DNA of 64,000 bases from Caldilineaceae bacterium (GTDB taxonomy: Bacteria; Chloroflexota; Anaerolineae; Caldilineales; Caldilineaceae): contig OY760647.1 of the NCBI GenBank assembly GCA_963663885.1, positions 3,617,256 to 3,681,255 of the forward strand. The letters run 5' to 3'. This document shows, piece by piece, positions 1-9,643 of the stretch. The notes below the pieces were generated by a model. That model did no database searches, was not told the origin of the DNA, and worked only from the letters and a program-made list of their open reading frames with translations. Made by a program: the position numbers and the translations under genes. Each line of letters begins with the position of its first letter. The stretch's first letter is position 1.

Positions 1-110
1 GCCGGGGGCGGCCACTGTACGACCTGACTCCTGCCGGCAGGGACTGGTACCGGCAGCGGTGCGATGCCGAACCGGCGCCGTCGGAGCTGTCTTGGGTACT
101 GGCGCATCAT

Positions 111-503
111 GTGTCCGTCCGCCATGCCGTAGCAATTCTGGAAGCCCGGGATCATCTGCTGTCCCTGGGCATTCCGGTGGACGACCAGCCTTCGCCTTGT
201 CCCGAGCGCGCGGACGATCCGTGGGGCATTCGTTCCGAACCGGATCTGGCTGTGTATTACAGGGAACGGGTGTGGCCGGTTGAGGTCCAACGGGACGTCC
301 GCATGAGCAATCTGTCCAAGTGGGCCAAGTCCCTGGAACTGTTCCAGCGGCTCGTGCTGGTTACCTTCTGCGCGGACCGACTGGAGCGGCAGTGTCGCAT
401 GTTGTCCGAGGCGAGAGTGCAATGCCAACTGCCGGACTTTCCCGTGCTTCTGGCCTCTCTCGAGGGTTGGGAGGCGGGTGACAGGCACTTCCTGTCCATG
501 TGA
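111..503 (+). CDS. hypothetical protein (may continue upstream of window start)
   Basis: 130-aa ORF from track; no recognisable motif; same strand and immediately upstream of sulfatase cluster. Confidence 0.3.
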   Translation: MSVRHAVAILEARDHLLSLGIPVDDQPSPCPERADDPWGIRSEPDLAVYYRERVWPVEVQRDVRMSNLSKWAKSLELFQRLVLVTFCADRLERQCRMLSEARVQCQLPDFPVLLASLEGWEAGDRHFLSM

Positions 504-792
504 CCTGATGTTGCGCCACCATTGAGGAGTGGGTCGGACCGGACTTCGACCTGATCACAGAACAAAACGTGTCTTGTGTGACGGGACTCGACCACGTCGG
601 GCATATGGTTTGGTCCTTTGGTCTCCCGTGCTGGTTGGCGGTGCAGGAGCCTGGAGTGCGACCGAAACCTCCCATGCAGATGCAATCCGATCGACAACGA
701 CTTTTTTGGGGCTGTCAGTTCCGGATGTGCATGCACCAGGGCGATGGACAGGTAGACTCTTAAGACGGATCATCGAGAGGACTGCTGACGCC

Positions 793-2376
793 ATGGCCGA
801 CAAGCCCAACATCATTTTGATTCTCAACGATGACATGGGTTTCTCGGATCTCGGGTGTTACGGCGGGGAAGTGGATACCCCCAACCTGGACCGTTTGGCG
901 GCTCGCGGCCTCCGCTACAGCCAGTTCTACAACACCGCGCGCTGTTGTCCGTCCCGCGGCTCCCTTCTGACCGGCCTGTATCCCCATCAGGCGGACATCG
1001 GCCACATGATGGGCACGCACGGGTTGGATGGGTACTTGGGAGATCTGAGTCCCAGATCGGTCACGATTGCCGAGGCCCTGAAGACCGGCAGCTACGCCAC
1101 GTTCATGTCCGGCAAGTGGCACGTGACCCGGTTTGTGGAGAGTCCCAGGCACAACTGGCCCTGTCAACGGGGATTCGACGACTTCTACGGCATCATCACG
1201 GGTGCCGCGAACTTCTACCAGCCACGTACCCTGACCCGCAACAACGAGCGCATCACGGCCGAAGGCGACGACTATTTCATCACCGATGCCATCTCCGACG
1301 AGGCAGTACGGCAAATCAGGGAGCACGCCGAGAAGGGCGAAGACACGCCATTCTTCCAGTACGTCGCGTACACGGCGCCGCACTGGCCGCTCCACGCCCA
1401 CGAGGAGGACGCAGCCAAGTACAAGGGCCGCTTCGACGCCGGCTGGGATGAACTGAGGGTCCAACGCCAAGCCCGCCTGAGGGACATGGGGGTCCTGGAC
1501 CCGGACTGGCAGCTCAGTGAACGCGATCCAAGGGTTCCGCCTTGGGAGGAAGCTCCCAACAAGGAGTGGGAGTGCCGCCGCATGGAGGTGTATGCGGCCC
1601 AGATTGATCGCATGGATCAGGGGATCGGCCGCATTCTGCAGGCATTGGAGGATACAGGGCAGTCCGACAACACCTGGATTGTGTTCCTGGCCGACAACGG
1701 CGGCTGTGCCGAGGAACTGGATTCATCCATGGCGGAACGCGTGGCAACCGGTTGGGAGCAGATAGGAACCTCCACCACCCGGCAAGGGGAGCCTGTGCGG
1801 TTTGGCAACAGCCCCGAGATTTGGCCGGGCGGGGAGGATACCTATGCCAGCTACGGGATCCCCTGGGCGAATGTGTCCAACGCGCCCTTCCGCCTGTACA
1901 AGCACTGGGTGCACGAGGGCGGCATTGCGACCCCGCTGATCATTTCCGGACCGGACATCCGACACGAAGACCGCGGCCAGTGGCGGCAACAGCCCGGCCA
2001 GTTGCCGGATATCATGGCGACGTGTCTCGAGTGGTCCGGTGCTTCCTATCCGGAGACCCGTCAGGGCCAAACCGTCAAGCCGCTGGAGGGAGTCTCGCTG
2101 GTGCCGACGCTGTCGGATGGCCCATCCGGGCGGGAAGTGCTCTACTGGGAACATGAAGGCAATCGAGCCGTGCGCCGCGGACGCTGGAAGCTGGTGAACC
2201 GCTATCCGGACCCCTGGGAGTTGTACGACATTGAGGCCGACCGGACGGAGACCCGTGACTTGGCCTCCGAGCACCCGGAGCTGGTCAGGGAGTTGGCGGC
2301 CTTGTGGGATGGTTGGGCTGCCCGTTGCGGCGTGCAGCCGTGGGCCGCCTTGCCGCCGCCGGCACCCGGGCGCTGA
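793..2376 (+). CDS. arylsulfatase, formylglycine-dependent sulfatase family
   Basis: CCPSRGSLLTG (C-x-P-S-R sulfatase signature) and NIILILNDDMGFSDLGCYGG N-terminal metal-binding block; ATG 793 preceded by GAGAGG; track ORF from 529 is an upstream alternative-start extension. Confidence 0.85.
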   Translation: MADKPNIILILNDDMGFSDLGCYGGEVDTPNLDRLAARGLRYSQFYNTARCCPSRGSLLTGLYPHQADIGHMMGTHGLDGYLGDLSPRSVTIAEALKTGSYATFMSGKWHVTRFVESPRHNWPCQRGFDDFYGIITGAANFYQPRTLTRNNERITAEGDDYFITDAISDEAVRQIREHAEKGEDTPFFQYVAYTAPHWPLHAHEEDAAKYKGRFDAGWDELRVQRQARLRDMGVLDPDWQLSERDPRVPPWEEAPNKEWECRRMEVYAAQIDRMDQGIGRILQALEDTGQSDNTWIVFLADNGGCAEELDSSMAERVATGWEQIGTSTTRQGEPVRFGNSPEIWPGGEDTYASYGIPWANVSNAPFRLYKHWVHEGGIATPLIISGPDIRHEDRGQWRQQPGQLPDIMATCLEWSGASYPETRQGQTVKPLEGVSLVPTLSDGPSGREVLYWEHEGNRAVRRGRWKLVNRYPDPWELYDIEADRTETRDLASEHPELVRELAALWDGWAARCGVQPWAALPPPAPGR

Positions 2377-2410
2377 ACCGTCTCAAGGCCGTTTCGAAAC
2401 CAGCCCAGCC

Positions 2411-3277
2411 ATGTTGAACACGCGTTTCCTTAACCTGCCAGGCCGGGGCATCAACCTGCATGTGCGTTGCGCGCACGCGGAGGGCGGTCCTGCCTTCGTG
2501 ATGTCCCACGGTCTGAGCAGCAACTGTTTGACCTGGGAGCAGGTGGCACTTGTGCTGCACCAGGCTGGCTGCCCGGTTGTGACCGTGGACCAACGAGGAC
2601 ATGGCCGGTCGGACAAGCCCGATCACGGATACGATTTTGAAAGCATCAGCGCGGACATGGAGGCCGTGATTACCGCCCTGAAGCTTGAGCGGCCCGTATT
2701 CCTGGGCCAAAGCTGGGGCGGCAACGTGGCCCTGCACTTGGCGGCTACGCGTCCCGGTCTCCTGTCCGGTGTGGGTTTCATCGATGGCGGCTTCCTAAGT
2801 CTGCAGAAGAGTCTCGGCTCCGACTGGAAAACAGTCAAGGAGCGCCTTTCGCCTCCGGATTTCCGCGGTCGGCAGGTGGAGGATCTGCGTGAGGCCATCC
2901 AGTCCAACCATCCGGATTGGGCACCGACGGGGGTTCAGCACACACTGGGGAACTTTGCCGTGGCGGACGACGGGACGGTGTCCCCCAACCTGTCCCTGGA
3001 CAACCACCTGCGCATCCTGCACGCGTTGTGGGACATGGATCCGGAAGGCTATTACGGACAGGTACGGGTTCCGGTCCTGATTTGCCCCGCGGAGTCCTCG
3101 GCTGATCCGGAACGGATTGAGTACAGACGGCAGCAGGTGGCGCTTGCCGAAGAGGGACTTGCCCGGAGCCGAACGATGTGGTTCAAGGACACGGACCACG
3201 ACATCCACGTCCACAGGCCCCAGCGGCTTGCGGAGGTATTGCTGGAGGCAGTGTCTTCGGGCCTGTGGGGCACTTGA
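2411..3277 (+). CDS. alpha/beta-fold hydrolase
   Basis: FVMSHGLSSN...DQRGHGRSD...FLGQSWGG (HG oxyanion region + G-x-S-x-G nucleophile elbow); ATG 2411 34 nt after sulfatase stop; stop TGA 3275-3277 shares its A with ATG 3277 of next gene. Confidence 0.8.
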   Translation: MLNTRFLNLPGRGINLHVRCAHAEGGPAFVMSHGLSSNCLTWEQVALVLHQAGCPVVTVDQRGHGRSDKPDHGYDFESISADMEAVITALKLERPVFLGQSWGGNVALHLAATRPGLLSGVGFIDGGFLSLQKSLGSDWKTVKERLSPPDFRGRQVEDLREAIQSNHPDWAPTGVQHTLGNFAVADDGTVSPNLSLDNHLRILHALWDMDPEGYYGQVRVPVLICPAESSADPERIEYRRQQVALAEEGLARSRTMWFKDTDHDIHVHRPQRLAEVLLEAVSSGLWGT

Positions 3278-4350
3278 TGGACGGACAAACACCGGGAGAC
3301 ATTGTCCTGCTGGGTTCGGGCGAGACGGCACCGTCCATGCAAAGGATTTACGATCGGATCTTCTCCCGCTTGAATCAGCGGCCGCGGGTTGCCATCCTGG
3401 AAACCCCGGCCGGCTTTGAACCCAACAGCGAGGAAGTCGCCCGTGATGTCGACCGCTTCCTGAGAGTCCGTCTGCAGAATTACCATCCCCAAGTCACCAC
3501 GGTGCCGGTTCGCCGATCCGACGGGCCGTTCAGCACCAACAATCCCGACCTGATGGGGCCGATTTACGAGGCAAACGTGATCCTGACCGGGCCCGGCAGC
3601 CCCACCTACGCGGTGCGACACTTCCGCGACAGCCTGTGTTGGGAGATCTGCCGAATCTGCCATCGTCTGGGGCGCACCCTGTTTCTGTCCAGCGCCGCCA
3701 CCGTGGCGGCAGGGCATCTTGCCCTGCCGGTGTACGAGATATACAAGGTGGGATTGGATTTGTATTGGTCGGAAGGGTTGGACCTGTTTGATCCCTTCGG
3801 CCTGAAACTGGTTGTAATCCCGCACTGGAACAACCAGTCCGGCGGCAGCGGCCTGGACACCAGCCGTTGCTACATGGGCCAGAGCCGGTTCAATGAACTG
3901 CTCGAGCTTCTGCCTGCCGCGGATGGCTTAACCGTGTTGGGCATCGACGAGAACACGGCCGTGATCATGAACCCGGGATCCGGCCGGGCACAGGTTCTTG
4001 GACAGGGCAGTGCCACAATCGTGCGGAACGATGAGACCCGGGAGATCGTTCATGACCATGACTTCGCCCTTGAGGAACTGGGGGCCTGGTCGCTCCCCGA
4101 CGCGCAATCCGGTCTGGCTCCTGAGGTCTGGGAGCAAACGGTGCAGAAGTTGAAGGATCTGGAGATTCGGGCAACGGAGGAAGAGACTCCGTCGGCGGAG
4201 GTGAGGGATTGGCTGCAGCAAAGGGAACGGGCTCGCCAGGTCAAGGACTGGCCGCTTTCGGATCGAATCAGGGACCGGATTCGCACGCATGGCTGGCAGG
4301 TCATGGACACACCCAGCGGTCAGACCCTGACACGTCTGGATGACGTGTGA
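3277..4350 (+). CDS. peptidase S51/cyanophycinase-like domain fused to a C-terminal segment resembling the extreme C-terminus of cysteinyl-tRNA synthetase
   Basis: N-terminal DIVLLGSGETAPS...RVAILETPAGFEP...FLSSAATVAAG pattern of S51 (class I glutamine-amidotransferase-like) peptidases; C-terminal RERARQVKDWPLSDRIRDRIRTHGWQVMDTPSGQTLTRL resembles CysRS C-terminal motif (AR..KDW..AD.IRD.L...G..LEDTP.G..W); start ATG overlaps stop of upstream hydrolase (TGATG). Confidence 0.55.
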   Translation: MDGQTPGDIVLLGSGETAPSMQRIYDRIFSRLNQRPRVAILETPAGFEPNSEEVARDVDRFLRVRLQNYHPQVTTVPVRRSDGPFSTNNPDLMGPIYEANVILTGPGSPTYAVRHFRDSLCWEICRICHRLGRTLFLSSAATVAAGHLALPVYEIYKVGLDLYWSEGLDLFDPFGLKLVVIPHWNNQSGGSGLDTSRCYMGQSRFNELLELLPAADGLTVLGIDENTAVIMNPGSGRAQVLGQGSATIVRNDETREIVHDHDFALEELGAWSLPDAQSGLAPEVWEQTVQKLKDLEIRATEEETPSAEVRDWLQQRERARQVKDWPLSDRIRDRIRTHGWQVMDTPSGQTLTRLDDV

Positions 4351-4531
4351 GGGGCGGGACTCACGTGCGTCGGTTTGCATTACAATCAGGCGTAAGCGAA
4401 GCGGAGAAACTATTCGAACACGAAGTCGGGAGCGCTGGGCCGGGGATTCTGGCTGGGGTGGTCTGTGACGTTCTGCATGTGTTGGGTAGTTGCTACATTT
4501 GCAGAAAGCAATTGATGGACAAGGCGATGTC

Positions 4532-5362
4532 ATGAATACGGAAATTACCCAGGCCCAGATTGATGCCTATCAGACCAATGGTTTTGTGGTGATGGATGAA
4601 TTCCTGACTCCCGAGGAACTGCAAACTTGGCGGGACGTCGTGGACCAGGCCGTACGGGAACGCAAGGACCGGAAGCTGGTGGTCGAAGGTGCAGGGGACG
4701 ATGATCGCTGGAAAGACGATGGTTCCTTCTACGACTATATCTTTGTGCAGCGCCTCAATTTGTGGAAGGACAATCCGGCGGTGAAGGAACTCATACTGGA
4801 TCCCCGCATTGGCAGGATGGCCACCGAACTGGCCCAAACGGAAGGCATGCGCGTGTGGCACGACCAGGCCCTGATCAAGCAACCCTGGGCCAATGCCACG
4901 GCCTGGCATCACGACAACCCGAAGTGGTCATTCTATTCCCCGGATGCGATTAGCATCTGGATCGCGTTGGACGACGCCACCTCCCACAACGGGTGTCTCT
5001 ATTTTCTGGCGGGTTCCCACAAGCAGACCACCTACGTCAACGTGCCGATCGCCGAGAACATGTCGGACCTCTTTCGGGAGTACCCCGATTTTGTGAATAT
5101 GGAATCGATAGCGGCACCTATGAAGGCGGGTTCGTGCTCCTTCCACAATGGATTGCTGGCCCATGGGGCCGGAGCCAACATGACGTCCGGCTGGCGCCGT
5201 GCCATGACCTGTGCCTTCATGCCCCATGGCAGCACCTTCAACGGGCTTCAGAACATCTTGACCGACGAACAGTTCGCCTCGTATGCGATCGGGGACGAAT
5301 TGAACGACGACAACCAGAACCCGGTGGTGTACCACAGGGACGAATCCCTGATTACCGTTTAG
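4532..5362 (+). CDS. phytanoyl-CoA dioxygenase (PhyH) family Fe(II)/2-oxoglutarate oxygenase
   Basis: WHHDNPKWSF...ISIWIALDDATSHNGCLYFLAGSHK (H-x-D...H facial-triad context typical of the PhyH family); ATG 4532 with AAGG 8 nt upstream. Confidence 0.8.
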   Translation: MNTEITQAQIDAYQTNGFVVMDEFLTPEELQTWRDVVDQAVRERKDRKLVVEGAGDDDRWKDDGSFYDYIFVQRLNLWKDNPAVKELILDPRIGRMATELAQTEGMRVWHDQALIKQPWANATAWHHDNPKWSFYSPDAISIWIALDDATSHNGCLYFLAGSHKQTTYVNVPIAENMSDLFREYPDFVNMESIAAPMKAGSCSFHNGLLAHGAGANMTSGWRRAMTCAFMPHGSTFNGLQNILTDEQFASYAIGDELNDDNQNPVVYHRDESLITV

Positions 5363-5690
5363 GGATTCGGGTTCCAGAGCGGCCATGTGGACCAACACAC
5401 AGGCCTGCCAGTCGTCCGGATTTCCAAGTGATTGGTGAGACAGTCGCTGGACCTGTGGCAGGGCGTATTGGACAGATGGAGCTGTTGCCATGTCGGCCCT
5501 CTGCATATTTCACCCATCCCGGCACCGGCACCTGCGGCCCCTGGGCTGCGTGAGGCACGGCAGCGGATCGCAGTCCGAACACAGGCGATCGGCGCAATGT
5601 TGACTGCTTAGGATTCCTGTTCCAGTGGTGAACAGAGGCTTGTGTGCCTGGTTCGACTATCGCATGCGCGGGCAGTCCACCGGTAGTTCT

Positions 5691-6632
5691 TCAAGCAGTC
5701 AGCAGCCAGTTTGGATCGAAGCCGGCCTGCCCCTCCCGCACATCCGGAAGGTCCGCCTCCAAGATGGACCGAATCTCCCGATACCGATCCTCTGTCCAGC
5801 CCAGGGACTTGGTCATGTCCAGTGCCACTTGGCCGGTGCCGGCCACGAAATTGCCCTTGGTGGGATGGAAGGACTGCACCACGAAGCGCCGTACTCCCGT
5901 GTCTAGCAGGGCGGCCACGAGTTTCCGGGGAGAGCGCACCGGCAGCAGGGGTGTCAATGTCACGATGGCCGGGATTCCCGCCTCAACCACCTGCGCGATG
6001 GCCTCCAACCTCGCGGCAATGGGTTCGCAGCGGGGCTCGAGGGCGCGGCGAACGTCCTCGCAATCGGTCGTGACGGTCATGTTCACGCATACGCGGTGAA
6101 ACCGGGTCAGCAGATCCAGGTCGCGCACCACCAGTGAACCGCGTGTCTGAACAACCAGTTCCAATTTCCGTTCGGCCATGAAAGGGAGCAGGGAGCGCAC
6201 CAGGCGTAGATCGCGTTCCAGGGGCTGGTAAGGATCCGTCACACTGCTCATGTACACTCGTTTCCCGGCCAGCGGGGTGCGCATGTGCTGCAGTTTGTCC
6301 AAGGCGTTTTGCTTGACCTTGACCCAATGCCCCCAGTTGTCGCGCAGCTCGGGATCGCGCGGGAAGAATGCTGCGTAGCAGTAGCTGCATCCGAATGCAC
6401 AGCCGCTGTAGGGATTGAGTGTGTAGTCGAAACCGCCGATGAAACCGGTGGCCTTGGTCAGGATGGACTGGCAGTCCTTGAATTCCAGGTCAAGCCGTCG
6501 ATACCGTTGGTGCCTTGGATGGGATTTGCATGTCGGGTCCTGCCGAGTATTGACTGGGTGGGAAGCCTTGGTCATCGGCGGCAATTGAGTGTGTCGGGGA
6601 ACAACCTGTTCACAGTACAAGCCGCGCGTCAT
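5691..6632 (-). CDS. radical SAM protein, spore-photoproduct-lyase/DNA photolyase-like family
   Basis: YTLNPYSGCAFGCSYCYA (C-x3-C-x2-C radical SAM cluster in the SplB-like context); alternative ATG start at 6575. Confidence 0.7.
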   Translation of the reverse strand: MTRGLYCEQVVPRHTQLPPMTKASHPVNTRQDPTCKSHPRHQRYRRLDLEFKDCQSILTKATGFIGGFDYTLNPYSGCAFGCSYCYAAFFPRDPELRDNWGHWVKVKQNALDKLQHMRTPLAGKRVYMSSVTDPYQPLERDLRLVRSLLPFMAERKLELVVQTRGSLVVRDLDLLTRFHRVCVNMTVTTDCEDVRRALEPRCEPIAARLEAIAQVVEAGIPAIVTLTPLLPVRSPRKLVAALLDTGVRRFVVQSFHPTKGNFVAGTGQVALDMTKSLGWTEDRYREIRSILEADLPDVREGQAGFDPNWLLTA

Positions 6633-6749
6633 GGCTTACAGCGCAACAGGCACAGACAAGCTGCCGAGCGGACTGTGCCACATGGTTGGCAGGATCGGAC
6701 ATTGGACGTGTCCATGCTTGGGCAGACAAGGGTACGGGGAAGTTCCAGT

Positions 6750-7685
6750 CTACCCGGTGGGTGGGCGCCCGATTGTCGGTTGGTTGGATGACATCCGATT
6801 AATGGCTTGCCGCAACCGGTGGTCCAGCTCCCCGGGGTGTGTCAGCCAGATGTGGTGGGTCGCCCCTTCAATCTCGAAGTAATGGCCTTGCGGCAGCAGG
6901 GCAGCCAATTGCCTGGTGGGCCAGTTTGGCCGGATGTCGGCGGATCCGTTAATGAAGGTGGCTGGCAGGTCCAGGTCGGCCACGGTCCGGAACAGATTGG
7001 GCCTCTGAATGAACTCGCGCCAGCTTTGATTGCCGTCGCGGTTTACGCGCGGGTCGGCATGGAAGACGGCTCCGCCCGTGTCTTCGCCAACTTCCTGCAA
7101 GCCGCGGCGGTAGGCCTCACTCCAGCTGCGGTCGTTGACCAGATTGCCACCGGCGATGCCGATGATCCCACTGGCGACGGAAGGGAACCGAAGTGTGTAG
7201 GCTAGGGCCGCGTTGACACCGAAGCTGTGGCCGGCCACAACACAGGCGCGTGCGCCATGGGCCTGGCGCACAGCGTCCGCGTCGTCAAGCAGAACATCCA
7301 GGGAGTAGTTTCCGTCCCAGTCGGATCGGCCGCATCCCCTGGGCTCGAACCGGATGACCCTGGCGATGTCTTCGATCAATGCGGAGACCGGAGCCAGATA
7401 GTCGTTGCAGCCGGGGCCCCCGTTGAACATCAGCATCGCCGGTCCTTGTCCTGAGGCGGTGGACCAAAGTTCGGCCGTTCCGGACCTGACCTGAAGATCG
7501 GATATCCCGGTCACAGGCAGCCTTGCACCGGGTTTGGGAAACCGTTGACCGTACAACGGGCGGGCTCGGTCCTTCGGTTCTCTGCCCACTCGACCCCGCG
7601 GCAGGCCAGGGCCGAGTCCGTTCCGGCGGTTCTTGTCGTTGGCATGCAGGGGCACCCAACGGCGGTCGGGAACCGAATGCCGCAA
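6750..7685 (-). CDS. alpha/beta hydrolase, prolyl aminopeptidase (S33)-like
   Basis: MLMFNGGPGCNDYL...RGCGRS...VAGHSFGVNAALAY (GGPG + G-x-S-x-G); start uncertain (TTG 7685, GTG 7589 or GTG 7514); directly downstream of ABC permease on same strand. Confidence 0.7.
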   Translation of the reverse strand: MRHSVPDRRWVPLHANDKNRRNGLGPGLPRGRVGREPKDRARPLYGQRFPKPGARLPVTGISDLQVRSGTAELWSTASGQGPAMLMFNGGPGCNDYLAPVSALIEDIARVIRFEPRGCGRSDWDGNYSLDVLLDDADAVRQAHGARACVVAGHSFGVNAALAYTLRFPSVASGIIGIAGGNLVNDRSWSEAYRRGLQEVGEDTGGAVFHADPRVNRDGNQSWREFIQRPNLFRTVADLDLPATFINGSADIRPNWPTRQLAALLPQGHYFEIEGATHHIWLTHPGELDHRLRQAINRMSSNQPTIGRPPTG

Positions 7686-7718
7686 TTCCGGTGGACGCTC
7701 CCGGGCTCGCCGGGACGG

Positions 7719-8624
7719 TCAGCGCTTGAAATCGGTGATCGTGATGCCCTGGATGAACGCCCGCTGCGAGAAGAAGAACAGGAGCAGGCACGGCGAGATG
7801 ATGGTCAGGGAGGCAGCCATGTACAGGTGCCAGGGAGTGGTTCGGACAAAGGCGACCGAGAAGTTCGCCAGGTACATGGTCAGCGTGAAGTTCTGGGGCT
7901 TGGACAGGATGATCAGCGGCCCCAGGAAGTCGTTCCAGAAGTAGACGAAGGCCAGGACGCCGATGGCCCCCATCGCGGGTTTGGACAGGGGCACGATCAG
8001 GCGCGAGAAAATCGTCCAATGGGTGGCGCCGTCGATGCGCGCCGATTCGTCGTACTCCAGTGGAATGGTCATGAAGAACTGGCGCAGCAGAAAGACGTTC
8101 CAGGCCGAGCCGAACCAGTACGGCACCATGAGCGGCAGGAAGGTGTCGAGCCAGTTCAGGTTCTTCCACAGGATGAACTGGGGCACCATCAGGATCGTGA
8201 ACGGAATCATCAGGGTGGAGATTACGCCCAGGAACATGGCCTGCTTGCCCGGGAAGTCCATGCGGGCGAAGGCATAGGCAATCAAGGCGCTCGAGAAGGT
8301 CGTGGCAATGACGCCGTTGACCGTGATGATGACCGTGTTCTTGGCGTAGTTGTAGACCGGGATCTCGGCCGCGATGTCGGTCCGTTCGTTGACCCAGGCG
8401 TCCAGGTAGTTGCGGAACACGACCGGGTTCGGGTACCAGTCGGGCGGGATTTGGAACACCCGCAGCGGTTCCTTGAGCGAGGTGTTCAGCATCCAGTAGA
8501 ACGGCAGCAGGAACAGCAGCGCGTACACGAACAGGGCGCCGTAGATATAGAGGGTCTTGAGCAGCCCGCGGCGGAAGCGGTTGCCCAGGAGGACGTTGCG
8601 CAGGGAGGTGGACGATGCCGTCAT
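7719..8624 (-). CDS. carbohydrate ABC transporter permease (MalG-like)
   Basis: six-TM pattern and EAA-like loop ESARIDGATHWTIFSRLIVPLSKPA typical of CUT1 permeases. Confidence 0.85.
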   Translation of the reverse strand: MTASSTSLRNVLLGNRFRRGLLKTLYIYGALFVYALLFLLPFYWMLNTSLKEPLRVFQIPPDWYPNPVVFRNYLDAWVNERTDIAAEIPVYNYAKNTVIITVNGVIATTFSSALIAYAFARMDFPGKQAMFLGVISTLMIPFTILMVPQFILWKNLNWLDTFLPLMVPYWFGSAWNVFLLRQFFMTIPLEYDESARIDGATHWTIFSRLIVPLSKPAMGAIGVLAFVYFWNDFLGPLIILSKPQNFTLTMYLANFSVAFVRTTPWHLYMAASLTIISPCLLLFFFSQRAFIQGITITDFKR

Positions 8625-8637
8625 GACAGCGGTCCGG

Positions 8638-9627
8638 TCAGGAGGACTGGCCTTCGTAGTAGACCCAGCGCCTGGCCAGGCCGAACTGGATTACCGTGAG
8701 CAGGAAGATGAGGAGGAACATGATCCAGGCCATGGCCGAGGCGTATCCCATCTTGAGGAAGTGGAAGGCATTCTCGTACAGGTGCAGGCCAAGGAACAGG
8801 GTGGCATTGGCGGGACCGCCCCTGGTCATGACGTAGGGCTCGGCAAAGGTTTGGATCTGGGTGATGATGCCCATCACCACGTTGAAGAAGATGACCGGCG
8901 AAATCAACGGCAGGGTCACGTTCAGGAACTTGGTCCACTCGCCGGCGTTGTCCAGGTCCGCCGCCTCGTACAGGTCCTGGGGCAATCCCTGCAGGGCCGC
9001 CATGTAGATGACCATGGGCACGCCCACGTTCCACAGGCTCTTGGCCACGAGGGAACCGAGAACCAGCTGCTCGTCCCAGAGCCAGGCCTGCGGTTCCAGG
9101 CCCGCCGCCAGCAGCAGGTTGTTGAAGATGCCCAGTTCGCCGCTGTACATCCAGGCCCACAGCACGGAGCCGGCCACGCCGCTGACGACGGCCGGCAGGT
9201 AGAAGATCGTGCGCCAAACTCCGATGCCCCGGATGCGCTGGTTCAGAAGCAGTGCCAGGGACAGGGCGATGAGGTTGCCCAAGACGACGGAATAGAGGAC
9301 GAACTTGAAGGTCACGCCGACGGAATGGAGGAACAGTTCGTCCGTTGTGAACATGGCCACGTAGTGGTCGAACCCGATGAACCGCGGCGTGTTAATGACC
9401 TTCCAGCGAAAGAAGCTGAGGGCAAAGGAAAAGATGATCGGGCCGCCGGTGAACACCAGGAAGCCGATGATCCACGGCGCCACAAACAGGTAGGCCGTGA
9501 TCGTTTCCTGGATTTTGGCCTTCCGCATGGTGCGGCCGGAAGCGGCAACGGCCATGGTCGAAACCCCGGGTGGGCGGTGCGGCAACAAAAAGGGCGATCC
9601 GCCGTCCGGCAGCGGATCGCCCGGCAA
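8638..9627 (-). CDS. carbohydrate ABC transporter permease (MalF-like)
   Basis: EAADLDNAGEWTKFLNVTLPLISP EAA motif and TM pattern; 13 nt upstream of MalG-like gene. Confidence 0.85.
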   Translation of the reverse strand: MPGDPLPDGGSPFLLPHRPPGVSTMAVAASGRTMRKAKIQETITAYLFVAPWIIGFLVFTGGPIIFSFALSFFRWKVINTPRFIGFDHYVAMFTTDELFLHSVGVTFKFVLYSVVLGNLIALSLALLLNQRIRGIGVWRTIFYLPAVVSGVAGSVLWAWMYSGELGIFNNLLLAAGLEPQAWLWDEQLVLGSLVAKSLWNVGVPMVIYMAALQGLPQDLYEAADLDNAGEWTKFLNVTLPLISPVIFFNVVMGIITQIQTFAEPYVMTRGGPANATLFLGLHLYENAFHFLKMGYASAMAWIMFLLIFLLTVIQFGLARRWVYYEGQSS

Positions 9628-9643
9628 GTTGTGGTTCGATACG

